Shown here in pieces: positions 40,646-52,000 of a stretch of DNA of 64,000 bases (position 1 is its first letter; every line of letters starts with the position of its first letter). Source of the stretch: Candidatus Heimdallarchaeota archaeon (GTDB taxonomy: Archaea; Asgardarchaeota; Heimdallarchaeia; JABLTI01); NCBI GenBank assembly GCA_019058275.1, contig JAHLVW010000099.1, positions 1 to 64,000 of the forward strand, in the 5' to 3' direction. A program made the translations under genes and the position numbers. The notes under the pieces are model-generated. The model was not told where the DNA came from. It did no database searches and was given only the letters and a program-made list of their open reading frames with translations.

Positions 40646-41191
40646 TCAAGCATCAATTTTCTTTAGTAATTCATCTACCATTAAATTTCTGTTTTCTATT
40701 GTTAACATAATCAACTCAACATCTTCCCTATTTTTAATATTCTCTACAAACATTCCCCCACCCTTTTTTGTTATTGTTGCTATTACATTCCCTTTTTCTA
40801 AGCATTTCAACAATTGGTCTTTAAACTTCTTTGAAAATAATTCCATTTTCCCGATTTCATCTATAACCAGTAACTCTGAATCCTTTTCCATTTCTGGTAT
40901 TATTATACTTTCAAAATCCTTCAAATCAACTCCATATTTCCCAACTCTCATATTACTTTTAGTATTCACATGTGCAAGTATTCCTTCTTCATTTGAACTT
41001 AATGCAACAACTTTGAATCCTGATCTCCTTTCATTTTGATTCTTGATTTCCTCTGTATAGAATCCAGCATATTTTTTCGTTGTCTTTTTGAGAAGTTCTT
41101 TTATTAGTGTTGTTTTTCCAATTCTTGGAAATCCTGTTACTAGTATATTTACCATTTTACTCGAGCAAATCCTTCTTTTGTTGTTTAACAA
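40646..41191 (-). CDS. Nucleoside-triphosphatase, THEP1/NTPase_1 family
   Basis: TGFPRIGKTT, GFYTEE, VGKYGV, IDEIGKMELFS. Confidence 0.93.
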   Translation of the reverse strand: MLNNKRRICSSKMVNILVTGFPRIGKTTLIKELLKKTTKKYAGFYTEEIKNQNERRSGFKVVALSSNEEGILAHVNTKSNMRVGKYGVDLKDFESIIIPEMEKDSELLVIDEIGKMELFSKKFKDQLLKCLEKGNVIATITKKGGGMFVENIKNREDVELIMLTIENRNLMVDELLKKIDA

Positions 41192-41330
41192 TTATTCTTA
41201 TTTTATTTTAACAATTTCTTCAACAAAAGTGCATATTTCTAAGTATTTTTACTCCTCAAAAACAAAATTATATTTGGAATTAAAGTTCCCATTAGATTAT
41301 AACTAACTTAAAGGGATCGTCGATATAATA

Positions 41331-41780
41331 ATGAATAAATCATGTTCAAATTGTGGTGAAGAACTTAAATCATCAGATGTATTTTGTCCATTTTGTTCAA
41401 ATCCAGTAGTTTCTGCTAACACAACCTCAACAAAAACCAATTCTCAAAAATACATTCTCTGCCCCAATTGTTCTATTAAAAACAAGGTTACAAGTAAATA
41501 CTGCATGGACTGTGGTAATAATTTAATTGGTCTTATTGCTACAGAATCTCAATCTGAAGTTTATGATACTGCAGCCTCTTCTGGCGTTACTTATGGCAGT
41601 TATAGTACAAAATCCTCAGATGGAACTCAAGCATGGTATAAACCACCTGAAAGAACTCGTTCAAGAGGTAATCCTGTTCAATGGGTAATATGGTCCGGAT
41701 GGGGTCTTTGGATTCTATTTAGAGTTATCTTTGAAATTTTATTCTTTGCAGTTAGAATTGCAGCATTAAGCAAAAAGTAA
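41331..41780 (+). CDS. Double zinc-ribbon membrane protein
   Basis: Four CxxC pairs; C-terminal hydrophobic helix. Confidence 0.8.
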   Translation: MNKSCSNCGEELKSSDVFCPFCSNPVVSANTTSTKTNSQKYILCPNCSIKNKVTSKYCMDCGNNLIGLIATESQSEVYDTAASSGVTYGSYSTKSSDGTQAWYKPPERTRSRGNPVQWVIWSGWGLWILFRVIFEILFFAVRIAALSKK

Positions 41781-41802
41781 ATGAAGAGAAAAATGGTTTA
41801 TT

Positions 41803-42618
41803 TCAACCCATTTCTACATCTTTTCTCATTTTTAGTAATTCATAATTGACAAGTATTCCTTCCTTTTTCAGGAATGCAACTAATAGTTCTTGATTATCAA
41901 AAGTAACTTTCAAGTTTTTAAATGCTTTATCAGTTATGTAGCTCTTCAAAATTGAAATAAAGTCCAATGCAAGTGAAGCATCTTTTAGCACGAAAGGCAT
42001 ACCTCCTGGATAATCAGGACTAAACCTACAGAAGCCTAATTGCTGACCCATATGTTCGTAAACAAGAACATGTTGATTTTCTCTACCAAAATATTGTTGT
42101 ATTCTGTGAGGATTTAGTCTAAACCGTAATGATATTATTTGTATTTCACCCCAATCAACATGACGACACTTCCCTTTTGGTTTATCAACCATTTTTTCAA
42201 AAGGTACTATAAATTGCCAGCTTTTTTCTTCTATCTCAAAACCAAACTTTTTATAAAGATTAATTGCAGCCTCATTATCTTCCTTTACATACAAGAAATA
42301 TTCTTTGCATCCAGCACTTTTTAAATGATGCATGCTTCTCTTGAGTAATGTTGATCCAATTCCCTTTCTTTGGTGTTCTGGATGTACTCCAACTCTTTGC
42401 ACATGACCTTCATTTCCATAAACACCTATTTTATAGTAACCCAAAAAATCTTTGTCTTCTTTATCTACTGCTACAACTGATAATGTTTTTAATCCAGCTA
42501 GTCCACTGTTGAAGCTGCTTTTTCTTAAGGGTTCATCTGGAAAAATCAATTTGTCCATAACATTAAATCTTGTCCAATCCTCTGTAGATAGATCTCTTAA
42601 ATAATAATCTAGCTCCAA
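41803..42618 (-). CDS. GNAT acetyltransferase
   Basis: VHPEHQRKGIG, NEAAINLYKKFGF. Confidence 0.9.
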   Translation of the reverse strand: MELDYYLRDLSTEDWTRFNVMDKLIFPDEPLRKSSFNSGLAGLKTLSVVAVDKEDKDFLGYYKIGVYGNEGHVQRVGVHPEHQRKGIGSTLLKRSMHHLKSAGCKEYFLYVKEDNEAAINLYKKFGFEIEEKSWQFIVPFEKMVDKPKGKCRHVDWGEIQIISLRFRLNPHRIQQYFGRENQHVLVYEHMGQQLGFCRFSPDYPGGMPFVLKDASLALDFISILKSYITDKAFKNLKVTFDNQELLVAFLKKEGILVNYELLKMRKDVEMG

Positions 42619-42735
42619 ATTTTTCCCTCTTTTTCTATATTTACCAATAATTCCTTGATTTCATTTCAAGAAAAAGGTTTCTACAGACACAAACTATGTG
42701 AATTATTGTTGCTTCATTAAAAACAATTTTAAGAT

Positions 42736-45279
42736 ATGAGTTCGTTCTTTTTTTTCATGTCATCTGAGGAGTATAAACTATCTAAACGAATTAAAGATCG
42801 TTTTTTGAAACATTTACTTGATTTTATTGGTCCATTTTATCATAAGAAGAGAATTCCTAGAAATTGGATCCCTATTGGTGGAGTTACCACTCATAAAGAT
42901 AAAGGTAACAGCGTACTTTTTACTACTGATAATGGTTTCTTGGAAATCAAAATTATTAACAGTAGAATTTGGAGGATTCGAGCTTCAAAATATACTTTGC
43001 CTGAAGAACATACTTCTTGGGCAACTATCGAACCAGATTTAGGAATCAATTTGAAAATAAAGTTTGAATATGGCAGTTATACAATTAAGGAAAACAAAAA
43101 CCTCTCAGATAAAGATGACATTTTAGTTAAAGTAAGAGAAGTAGACTCTACTATAGTTTTCGAAAAAGTTGATGGCACCATCATTAATTTTGAAACTAAA
43201 CCAATCTCTTGGAGCACCAAAAACGATTGGAGCTCATGCCAGAAAGTTACCAGTGTTGAAGAAAAATATGTTGGTTTTGGTGAGAAAACTGGTGAATTGG
43301 TTAAAAATGGAAGAAAGATGGTTTTCTGGAACACGGATCCCTCTTGTTTTGGTTATAAAGAAGAACCTCTTTATCAAAGTGATCCCATTCAGATATCTGT
43401 TCGTGAAGATGGTTCTGCTTATGGGATATTCTATGATAATGAACATTATTCAGTTATCAAACCAAGCAAAAAGGGAGATAAAATTGATTATTATACTGAA
43501 AGTGGTCCGATTTGTTATTACATTATTACTGGACCTACTTTGAAAGATGTTTCCAAACAAATCTCAGCAATTAATGGTAAAATTCCCTTACCACCAAGAT
43601 GGGTGCTTGGTCATCATCAATCTCGTTGGAGTTATTATTCTGAAGAAAAAGTTCGTTCAATTGCTAAAAAATTCAGAGAACGAAATATCCCATGTGATTG
43701 CATTCATTTAGATATTGATTACATGAAAGGATACCGAAGTTTTACTTGGGATCATTCTCGTTTCCCAGATCCTAAAGGACTGATTAATGATTTACAAAGG
43801 GATGGTTTTAAAGTTATTACAATGATTGACCCAGGTTTAAAAATAGACTCTAATTGGGATATTTATAATGAGTGTATTAATCAAAATCTTCATTGCAAAC
43901 TTCCAGATGAGAGTCCATATATTGGAAGGGTATGGCCCGGTGACTGTATTTTTCCTGATTTTACAAATCCTCTAACACGAGAGTGGTGGGGAAACAAGTT
44001 CAAACTATTAACAGATGTTGATGTCGATGCTATTTGGCTTGATATGGCTGAACCATCTATATTTGATCTTCGTAGAACTTTTCCGGATGATGTTCTTCAT
44101 GATATGAATGGAAGAGAAGGGAATCATCGTGATGCTCACAATATTTATGGTCAAGCTTTTGCTATGGCTACTCGAGATGGTTTAGAGAAGATAAGAGCAA
44201 ATAAGCGAAATTTCATTTTTGTTCGTAGTAGTTATGCTGGTATCCAACGATATGCAGCTAGTTGGACTGGTGATAACTTTAGTCATTTTATAAGTCTCAA
44301 GCAATCTCTTTCTATGGTTTTGAACATGGGACTTGTTGGTCAAACAATGGTAACAGTTGATGTAGGTGGATTCGTATTTAATTGCTACCCAGAATTGCTT
44401 ATTCGTTGGTATCAATTAGGGATTTTTTACCCATTTATAAGAAATCACTCAGCAGATCATACAATTCCTCAAGAACCTTTTGCTTTTGATAAGAAAACCG
44501 AGGATATAATAAGAAAATATATCGAATTGCGATACCAATTGCTTCCTTATTTCTATTATCACATGTGGGAAGCAGCTCAGTTTGGATTACCAATAATGAG
44601 ACCACTCTTTATGGAATTTCCAAAAGATGTTGAAACCTATAACAAGAAATGGCATAATACTCAATTTATTGCTGGTGAGAAAATCCTAATTGCTCCAGTT
44701 TTAGAAGAAATCAAAAAGAATGAGACCTCTGTTAAGCGAGAAATCTATCTCCCTCAAAGTGATTGGGTTAATTTCTGGACAAAAGAACCCATTAAGGGGG
44801 GGCAAATAATTGAAGTTGATGTTAGTCTAGAAGATTTACCAATTTTTGTAAAAGCTGGCAGTGCAATACCTATTGGTCCTATAGTTCCTCATGTTGAGAA
44901 AACATCTGAACATCCTCAAATTGTTGAGATATATCCAGGTGAGGATATTCATGGAAAGGCATATTTCGATGATGGAGAATCTAAGGATTTCGAGCTTGGT
45001 GAATATAACCATCTAACTATTAGTGGAACAGATAACGGGAAAATAATTCAGCTTGACATTTCTTCGGATGGTTCTCGAGATGATCTTCCAACTACAAACA
45101 ATACTATGATTATAAAATTCTTTAAGAAACAACCACCAAAATCTGTTAAAGTGAATGACAAAACCTACTCAAATGATAGCTTATCATCTAGTAGTTATTG
45201 GGAACATAAAGAAGAAGGTGTGCTGTCAATCATAATTAAGAAACCTGAATTTCCACTAGCAGTTGAAATAATCTGTTAA
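42736..45279 (+). CDS. Glycoside hydrolase family 31 (alpha-glucosidase)
   Basis: HQSRWSY, LDIDYM, WLDMAEP, WTGDN, DVGGF, RNHS. Confidence 0.95.
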   Translation: MSSFFFFMSSEEYKLSKRIKDRFLKHLLDFIGPFYHKKRIPRNWIPIGGVTTHKDKGNSVLFTTDNGFLEIKIINSRIWRIRASKYTLPEEHTSWATIEPDLGINLKIKFEYGSYTIKENKNLSDKDDILVKVREVDSTIVFEKVDGTIINFETKPISWSTKNDWSSCQKVTSVEEKYVGFGEKTGELVKNGRKMVFWNTDPSCFGYKEEPLYQSDPIQISVREDGSAYGIFYDNEHYSVIKPSKKGDKIDYYTESGPICYYIITGPTLKDVSKQISAINGKIPLPPRWVLGHHQSRWSYYSEEKVRSIAKKFRERNIPCDCIHLDIDYMKGYRSFTWDHSRFPDPKGLINDLQRDGFKVITMIDPGLKIDSNWDIYNECINQNLHCKLPDESPYIGRVWPGDCIFPDFTNPLTREWWGNKFKLLTDVDVDAIWLDMAEPSIFDLRRTFPDDVLHDMNGREGNHRDAHNIYGQAFAMATRDGLEKIRANKRNFIFVRSSYAGIQRYAASWTGDNFSHFISLKQSLSMVLNMGLVGQTMVTVDVGGFVFNCYPELLIRWYQLGIFYPFIRNHSADHTIPQEPFAFDKKTEDIIRKYIELRYQLLPYFYYHMWEAAQFGLPIMRPLFMEFPKDVETYNKKWHNTQFIAGEKILIAPVLEEIKKNETSVKREIYLPQSDWVNFWTKEPIKGGQIIEVDVSLEDLPIFVKAGSAIPIGPIVPHVEKTSEHPQIVEIYPGEDIHGKAYFDDGESKDFELGEYNHLTISGTDNGKIIQLDISSDGSRDDLPTTNNTMIIKFFKKQPPKSVKVNDKTYSNDSLSSSSYWEHKEEGVLSIIIKKPEFPLAVEIIC

Positions 45280-45284
45280 AGATG

Positions 45285-46334
45285 TTAAGAATTATTATCA
45301 TCACTTAATCCTGGAAAGTAGTATTTGATCCCAGTTGAATAACTTGCATCTTTGATTGCACAACCAGCTTTAACGAATTTATCTAGTTCTTCTGTTGCTT
45401 TTTCCACAGGCCAATTAGTATTCATCATTAGCTCTTCAATTGTTAGAAATCCTTTAGCATTAGCTAAACGCAGTATTATAGATGCTTCACTTTCTGATGG
45501 TTTGAATTGAACCCAGTATAATCCCTCTTGATCTTGAGTCAAAATAAGCAAACCATTTTCGTCCAAAAGCTCAACAGCTTTTATTATATCTTTCAAAGTA
45601 GCTCGTACTCGTGGAAAATCATCTTTTAATTTTGAAAAAATAGCTCTAATAGCTATTGGTTTATCAGATGAATCATCACCAAAAGACATGGCGATTTTTA
45701 GGATAATATTACCCAGTTGATCATAATACTTGCTTTTGCCAACAAGTTTGGGTTTTTCTAGTTTGAGTATTCCTTTTAGTGCACCTGCTCTTTCAACGAA
45801 TTCCAATTCATCATTAAATCTATTCAACAACTGAGAAGCAATGTCTTCTGATGATTGAATATTAGTTTTTATATGCTCTTTGCTCGAGAATAATTCATCA
45901 ATTGTTTGTATGTTTTCAATAATCTTCTTTGCTTGATCTTTTAGTTTCTCAACTTCACTAAAAACAACCAAGGAATCAATTTCCTTGATATCTTCTTTAA
46001 GATCCCAACATCGACTGAAGATTATGAAATCAAAAAGTAAAGAGTTATTTGTAACAATCTTCTGAGTTTTTTCCGAAGTTCCTGGTCTAAACCTTAATTC
46101 TTGACTTCTAGCTCTATCAATTAGCGAATCTATTCTGGCTTTAATTTGAGGAATAATTCTTTTTGCTCCCTCTAAGAATTTACTAGATTCTTCGGTATTA
46201 ATAATTAATTTTCTACTGTCAAATAATAAGAAAGTTAATGCTTGATTTAATTTACTTTCATAGATTTTCAATTTGTGTAAATCTTTAGGTGTATCTATTA
46301 AATCCTGTAATGCATATAACTTCTCATCATTCAT
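45285..46334 (-). CDS. EAP30/Vps22-Vps36-like (ESCRT-II) winged-helix protein
   Basis: C-terminal half YYDQLGNIILK...DIIKAVELL...ILRLANAKGFLTIEEL...NW....ATEELDKFVKAGCAIKD......YYFPGL parallels the Snf8/Vps22 tandem winged helices. Confidence 0.75.
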   Translation of the reverse strand: MNDEKLYALQDLIDTPKDLHKLKIYESKLNQALTFLLFDSRKLIINTEESSKFLEGAKRIIPQIKARIDSLIDRARSQELRFRPGTSEKTQKIVTNNSLLFDFIIFSRCWDLKEDIKEIDSLVVFSEVEKLKDQAKKIIENIQTIDELFSSKEHIKTNIQSSEDIASQLLNRFNDELEFVERAGALKGILKLEKPKLVGKSKYYDQLGNIILKIAMSFGDDSSDKPIAIRAIFSKLKDDFPRVRATLKDIIKAVELLDENGLLILTQDQEGLYWVQFKPSESEASIILRLANAKGFLTIEELMMNTNWPVEKATEELDKFVKAGCAIKDASYSTGIKYYFPGLSDDNNS

Positions 46335-46440
46335 GCTAATTACCCAAGAATTAAGTTAATTATATGGAATTGTTAATTTGTACATTAAAAATATATTGAA
46401 ATAAGATATTTAGATTATCTCCCAATAACAGTTTTAAATA

Positions 46441-46710
46441 ATGGTTATGAGTAATATTTGTCTGTTTATGGAGAAGAACACGTTGTCAATAATAAGAAGA
46501 TTATTGAAAAACAAAGCAGCTAAAAGTAAGAAATCAATTATCTCAGGAACAGTTGGCACTGTAATTGCTATTGCAATTTTTGCGGTCTTTTTAAGTGATT
46601 GGGGAGCAGCCTTTGGAGTCATTCTTAGTTCTATCGTATTAACAGCGATAGCTGTTGGTGTTTATTTCTGGTTACGTGCAATCAATGAACTTCCTGATGT
46701 GCTCAGCTAA
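46441..46710 (+). CDS. Small two-TM membrane protein
   Basis: Two hydrophobic helices. Confidence 0.55.
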   Translation: MVMSNICLFMEKNTLSIIRRLLKNKAAKSKKSIISGTVGTVIAIAIFAVFLSDWGAAFGVILSSIVLTAIAVGVYFWLRAINELPDVLS

Positions 46711-46909
46711 TGATTTTGAAATGATAAATAGTATTAGTATAATCGCTTAGATATTTTTTAAAACAAATAATTAAATAAATAAAGAACTGTTATATGAGAA
46801 CTTTAAAGGATTATGTTAAACAAAACAGTCAAAACTTCAACAAATTAGTTGAATTAATGAAAAACGATTGTAAGAATACCTTTATAATACAAAAAAAGAA
46901 TAGTTAATT

Positions 46910-47003
46910 AGCGTGCTTAATGCCATTTGGCACGCCATTTTGAATATTGACTATCTCCTGTTTCGACGCGGGACTTTTCGATTGGAAAGTTCCCGCGTTT
47001 TTG
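46910..47003 (+). ncRNA. Candidate small structured RNA
   Basis: TTTATAA at 46881; hairpins gcgtgc/gcacgc and acgcgggactttt/gaaagttcccgcgt, then a T-run; lies between convergent genes. Confidence 0.4.
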
Positions 47004-47062
47004 ATTTCGAAGGTTAAATTAATTTGAGTTTAGTGAAGAAAAAGAGATAATTTGTTAGAAAG

Positions 47063-48395
47063 TTATTTCTTACGTTTTCTAACAAGCAATATAATTATAA
47101 TAAAACTCAGAAACGATGGAATAACAAAAATGACATTAAAACCAGTTTTTCCAGTAGGCTCAGGTTCAGATATTATAGAACTAATATTCTCTGATGGATT
47201 AATTGCTAGATCAGGACAATCATATGTTGCCATATATAGTAGTCCAGGATATACTATATTTTGACAATTACTAATAACTCCATTAGCATGTGGATTAAAA
47301 CCATCCCAAAGATAAGTCCAATCATCTCCATGGAATGTTTCAAGAGTAACTGAAACGATTCCTCTAGCACTATATATCCAATCTCCCCATTCTCCTGCAC
47401 ATGGATACAAATACTCATGAGTAAAACCTGTGAGCAAGGCTAATTCATTGCCTAGATCATCATAAATCTCTTCATCTGGACAAGAGTATGAAGAATCATA
47501 AGACCAAGGAGTTATTATTAACTCAACGCCTGAATGCAATGATACTGCTGCTTGGAAATAATGCTGTCTTACAAAATTAGCTAATGCTAGAGTTTCAGGT
47601 TCAGAAAAAGGTTCTTCTCCTCGATATGTATCATGAGTAACATTATCACTATTACCAAATGGATAATCCCATTGGTATGCATAGTTTCTGTTTAAATCCA
47701 CTCCTCCAGGTTTATCTTCTGCTATTGTTTCATCTGGATCGTCAAAATCAACACCAGTAATAATCTCATTTTCATCTTCAATTCCATCACCATCTTCATC
47801 AATAGGATGATAGTTTTTCCTCATTTCAGGCCATAGATGAAGAATATCTAATGAATCAATGTTCAATGAAGGTACAACATAAATGGTTCTTTCATTGAGC
47901 ATTTCCTGAATCTCTTCATCACCATTAGTAAAATCATAAACTATTTTGTCAATAAAATAAAGAGCATTTTCTATTGTAATAGATTCTCTTGCATGATGAT
48001 GTGCAACTAAGAAAAATTCTTTTTTGAATTTTTCAGATGTTTCGTTAGTGATTATCACTAATGATATATTATTTCCTTGATAACTAGTTCCAATGTCTGA
48101 TATATCAACTAAACCCGGGAAATTTGTTTCTAATGAGTTAAGTTTGCTAACAAGTTCAGTTCTATTATGGTAAGGTCCTAAGCTATTACCCCAATTTGCT
48201 ATATCATTTCCTGGTAAATCTCCAGGGCTGCCTTCGAATTCATCCCAAATCCAGATATAATCTGAATTCGCTAGAGTAATTTCATAACTTAGATTTCCTT
48301 CTTTTGAGCTTAAATACAAAAGGTAAACTAGTAAGTAATGAACAATAGAAAATAATGATCATGCTAAATGTAAAGAATGTTCTTTTAGTTAACAT
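47063..48395 (-). CDS. M14 zinc carboxypeptidase, surface anchored; signal peptide out of frame (frameshift at ~48315)
   Basis: HHARE, GVDLNRNY, PFSEPET, SLHSG; ATG at 48395 gives MLTKRTFFTFSMIIIF... in another frame. Confidence 0.88.
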
Positions 48396-48472
48396 TTTCT
48401 TCTTATAATAAAGGAATTAGTGAGTACAAAAAACCTTAGTAAACTTTAGGATAAATCTTCATAAATGGCAAA

Positions 48473-49018
48473 TTGATAATACTATCTGGAGTTTTTTGTT
48501 TGATAGATGTAGAAATTAAAGTTAGGTATGAGCACCATACTCGAGTAAAAAAGATACTTGAAAAAAAAGGAGCGATATTCGGGGGAGTTGATAATCAAAT
48601 TGATATTTATTTCAAATCACCCACAGGTCGTTTGAAATTAAGGAAGGGGAATATCGAAAATGCTCTCGTTTTTTATTCTCGAGATAATATTAAAGGGATT
48701 AAACCAAGTGAGTATTATCTATACAAATCTCAAGAACCTGAAATGCTTGAAGAGATATTGAAAATGGCTTTGGGAGAACTTGTTACAGTTGAGAAAAAGC
48801 GAGAGATGTACTTTATTGATAATGTCAAATTCAATTTAGATGAAGTAAAAGATTTAGGAAAATTCATAGAAATCGAAGCGATTGGAACTGACTCGAATGA
48901 AATTGATAAACTAGATCATGTTGTTAGAGAATATGTTAAGCTTTTTGATATACAGGAAAAGGATATTCAAAGTCATTCTTACAGTGATTTAATGTTAGAG
49001 AAATTGAAAAAGAACTAG
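48473..49018 (+). CDS. cyaB: CYTH domain protein (class IV adenylate cyclase-like)
   Basis: DVEIK, QIDIYF, LKLR, VEKKR, LGKFIEIE, SYSDL. Confidence 0.88.
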   Translation: MIILSGVFCLIDVEIKVRYEHHTRVKKILEKKGAIFGGVDNQIDIYFKSPTGRLKLRKGNIENALVFYSRDNIKGIKPSEYYLYKSQEPEMLEEILKMALGELVTVEKKREMYFIDNVKFNLDEVKDLGKFIEIEAIGTDSNEIDKLDHVVREYVKLFDIQEKDIQSHSYSDLMLEKLKKN

Positions 49019-49041
49019 TTTCTAAAATTAAAAAAGAAAAA

Positions 49042-49076
49042 AGCCATCTTTCCTCCCCCATAGAAGGAAAGATAGC
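49042..49076. terminator. Hairpin between convergent genes
   Basis: atctttcct...aggaaagat inverted repeat. Confidence 0.4.
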
Positions 49077-49095
49077 TCCTCATATTCCCCTTATA

Positions 49096-52000
49096 CTAAT
49101 CCTTTTTCTCGACGACGGATAGTTTGTCAGGAATTAGTTTTTGTTGACAAATTGGGCAAGTCCCCTTTACTTTTACCCATTCCAACAAATGCTCTTTATG
49201 AGCAATATTTTCACAATGATAACATTCTAAATATTCAGATCCAAATGAAATTGGTAGTTTGCATACTGAACACAGAATGGTATCGACTCCACAATTCGGA
49301 CATGCTTCCTGGAAATTTGTCCTTTCTTCTCCACAAGAGAAACACTTAGTAGTTCTCTTCGATATTCTCTCCATTATAGCTTCTTGATCTACTGGCAGTG
49401 ACATTTCTGAAGGAGTAACTCCCAAGCTAATTAGACTGGTAATTTCATTTACAATACAATTTTTGATTTCATCTGGTGCTTCTTGATAAGCTAGTTGTAA
49501 ATAGTTAAGTGAGGATTGTAGTTCTTTTGTGTCACGAAAAGCTAAACCAAGCTCTTCGGCAATTATGTACAAGGGTATATCTAATTGTATGTTGTAAATC
49601 ACCTTTTGCTGCTCTTTCATTCCGCTGAGATTATGAAACTCCTTCTGTAAAGCATTAGCTTTTTCTGATCCCTTCATAGTTCCTTTAATATCAATTATCC
49701 TCTCCAATGGTTTAATCAACCAATCCAAGATATCTATTAGTTCATGGACAGCAATAATCTCGAGAGACTCCTTTGCTTCTTGCCATAGTATCAATCCATC
49801 CTCAAATTTAGCTTCATTAATCGATTTTTGACCCATTTTAAGCTGATCCCTAGCCTTGAATTTATGGAATTGTTGTGTGTATCTAGGAACATGTTCAGAT
49901 GCTAGTTTTAACCCTGATTTCCAATTTCCTTGGCTAATATACTTCTCCAAAAGTGAGCTTAATGCTCTTTTTCTGAGAGCTTTGAATTCCAAATCAGCAG
50001 TTCCTTTACCAGCAAAGTATCTATCGAGTTTTTGTTCAGTTCTTTTGTACATTTGTAAACCAAACACTATGTAGAGAACCAAGACTAATGCTATTGCAAC
50101 CCAAAGAGTAACAAAAAGATCATTGGAGGTTAAATGGAATTTATTTGTTACTTTATACAGAGTACTAAATTGATACGTTCCTGCTCCAGTTACTAGTGTT
50201 ATAGTCACTTCTTCTGTATACTTGCTCTTTGGTGTAAAACCAATAAATACAATGGATAATTCCTTGGTTGTTGTTGAATCAGAGCTAAAGTTGTAGAAAT
50301 ATGAAACACCTTGATCAATATAGGCTGAATAAATATTAACTTTTACTTGTAAATCTCTTGACAATCTGTTATTGAAAGTTAGTTCTATTATATGTGAAAT
50401 TGAGTCAACTCTTCTTATTGTAATAGGTGAAGGTTGTAAAACAAGTTCGATTTCAGGTTTAAAATCGACATCAATGATTAATTCATATTTTCTAATAATT
50501 CGTGAGTTTTGCAGAACCGTAAATTCAATTTGCTCATTCTCTATAGTTGTGGTAATTTCATTTACGTTTAAAGTCACATTACCTGGCAATTCTGCAATAG
50601 TATAGTTTATGTCTAGGTTGCTATCAACCTTTGCTTGAATAGTTAAATCACTTCTTGAAACATTATTGCCTACTAAATCTGTTGGTTGAATATACAATTC
50701 ATTTTCACTATTTTCTAGAAGTACTTCAGCATTCCCTCTAACATTAAAAGCTAAATGTTGAGCTAAATAGAATTCAATAGAAGGATTATTGAGATTGTTC
50801 TTACCAAGACTTGAGCTAATTTGTATGTCAAATAGCTTGAGAGTTGTACTTGAAGATATTTGTTTTAGGTCCGATGAATAGGTATCAGTTTGAGCCATGT
50901 CATCTCCTACTAAAATCGTATATTTGCTCACATCAACATTGAATAAATCATATGAAATGGCTATGATTTCATCTTGACCATCTAAGTCCAGATCCACAAC
51001 CTGGCCATCCAATGACCAACTTGGTGTTTGATTCATAATCGATAACTGTATTGTTCCAAAATTCCCAGAACTGAAGCTTGTAGTTATACAGCTGGGTTCT
51101 GTACCTGAAATTGCATATATATAACTGCCAAATAGAACTATTCCATCATTTGCTAGACTTTTTGATTTGTATAATTTCATACCATAAACTCTGAAATCAT
51201 CTACCCCATAGTTTATCGTTAATGAATCTATAAAAACAAAGTTTCTGGTAACCCCTTTGTTTATTGTAATTGCTTCCAAATATGACTCAACAGTTGGAAC
51301 GTTAACACCAGTTATGATGAAATTTACATCATCTGTTTCTGCAATTGTTTCTACATCTATTACTATATGATCTGTTCCATCCCAATTGAAGCTGGTTGAT
51401 ATTTCATAATCATTTGCAATTGAATTATAGGTCAGCTCAATGACAGTATTTTGACTTAAATCAGTACTATTTTTACCAATAACATATAATTCGTAAATAT
51501 TGTCTTGATCAATATCGAAGATATCGAATGCATATGTTTCATTTAGAACTGATGAGGAAATGTTGTAAGAATAAGCTAAAGTTAGGCTAGAACTGGTAAC
51601 AGTAAAGAAATCTATGAATCTGTATATTGAATCAAATTCCTTTATTGCTATTAGCATTGGATTTGTATTTGTATTATTGAAGCTAGTTTTTATCACTTTA
51701 CCGTTAATATAATTGGTTTCTTTGCTCTGCACATCCTTGTATACCACACTATCATAAGAAGTAGCTGAATAATAATCATCGGTGAATGTGAACAATTGTA
51801 TGACTCCATGATTATGACCTGTCCCATTACGAATGCTGCCTAAACTAGCAATGGAACCGGTATATGTGGCGGTAGTATTTATTGTTACTAACTCATTCAT
51901 AGTATAGGAATTATTGAAATCTTGTGAAGAAAATTCAGCATCATTTAGATTGAATTTTGTAAAATTCTCTAATAAGCAGTTGAAATTATTTATCTTTACA

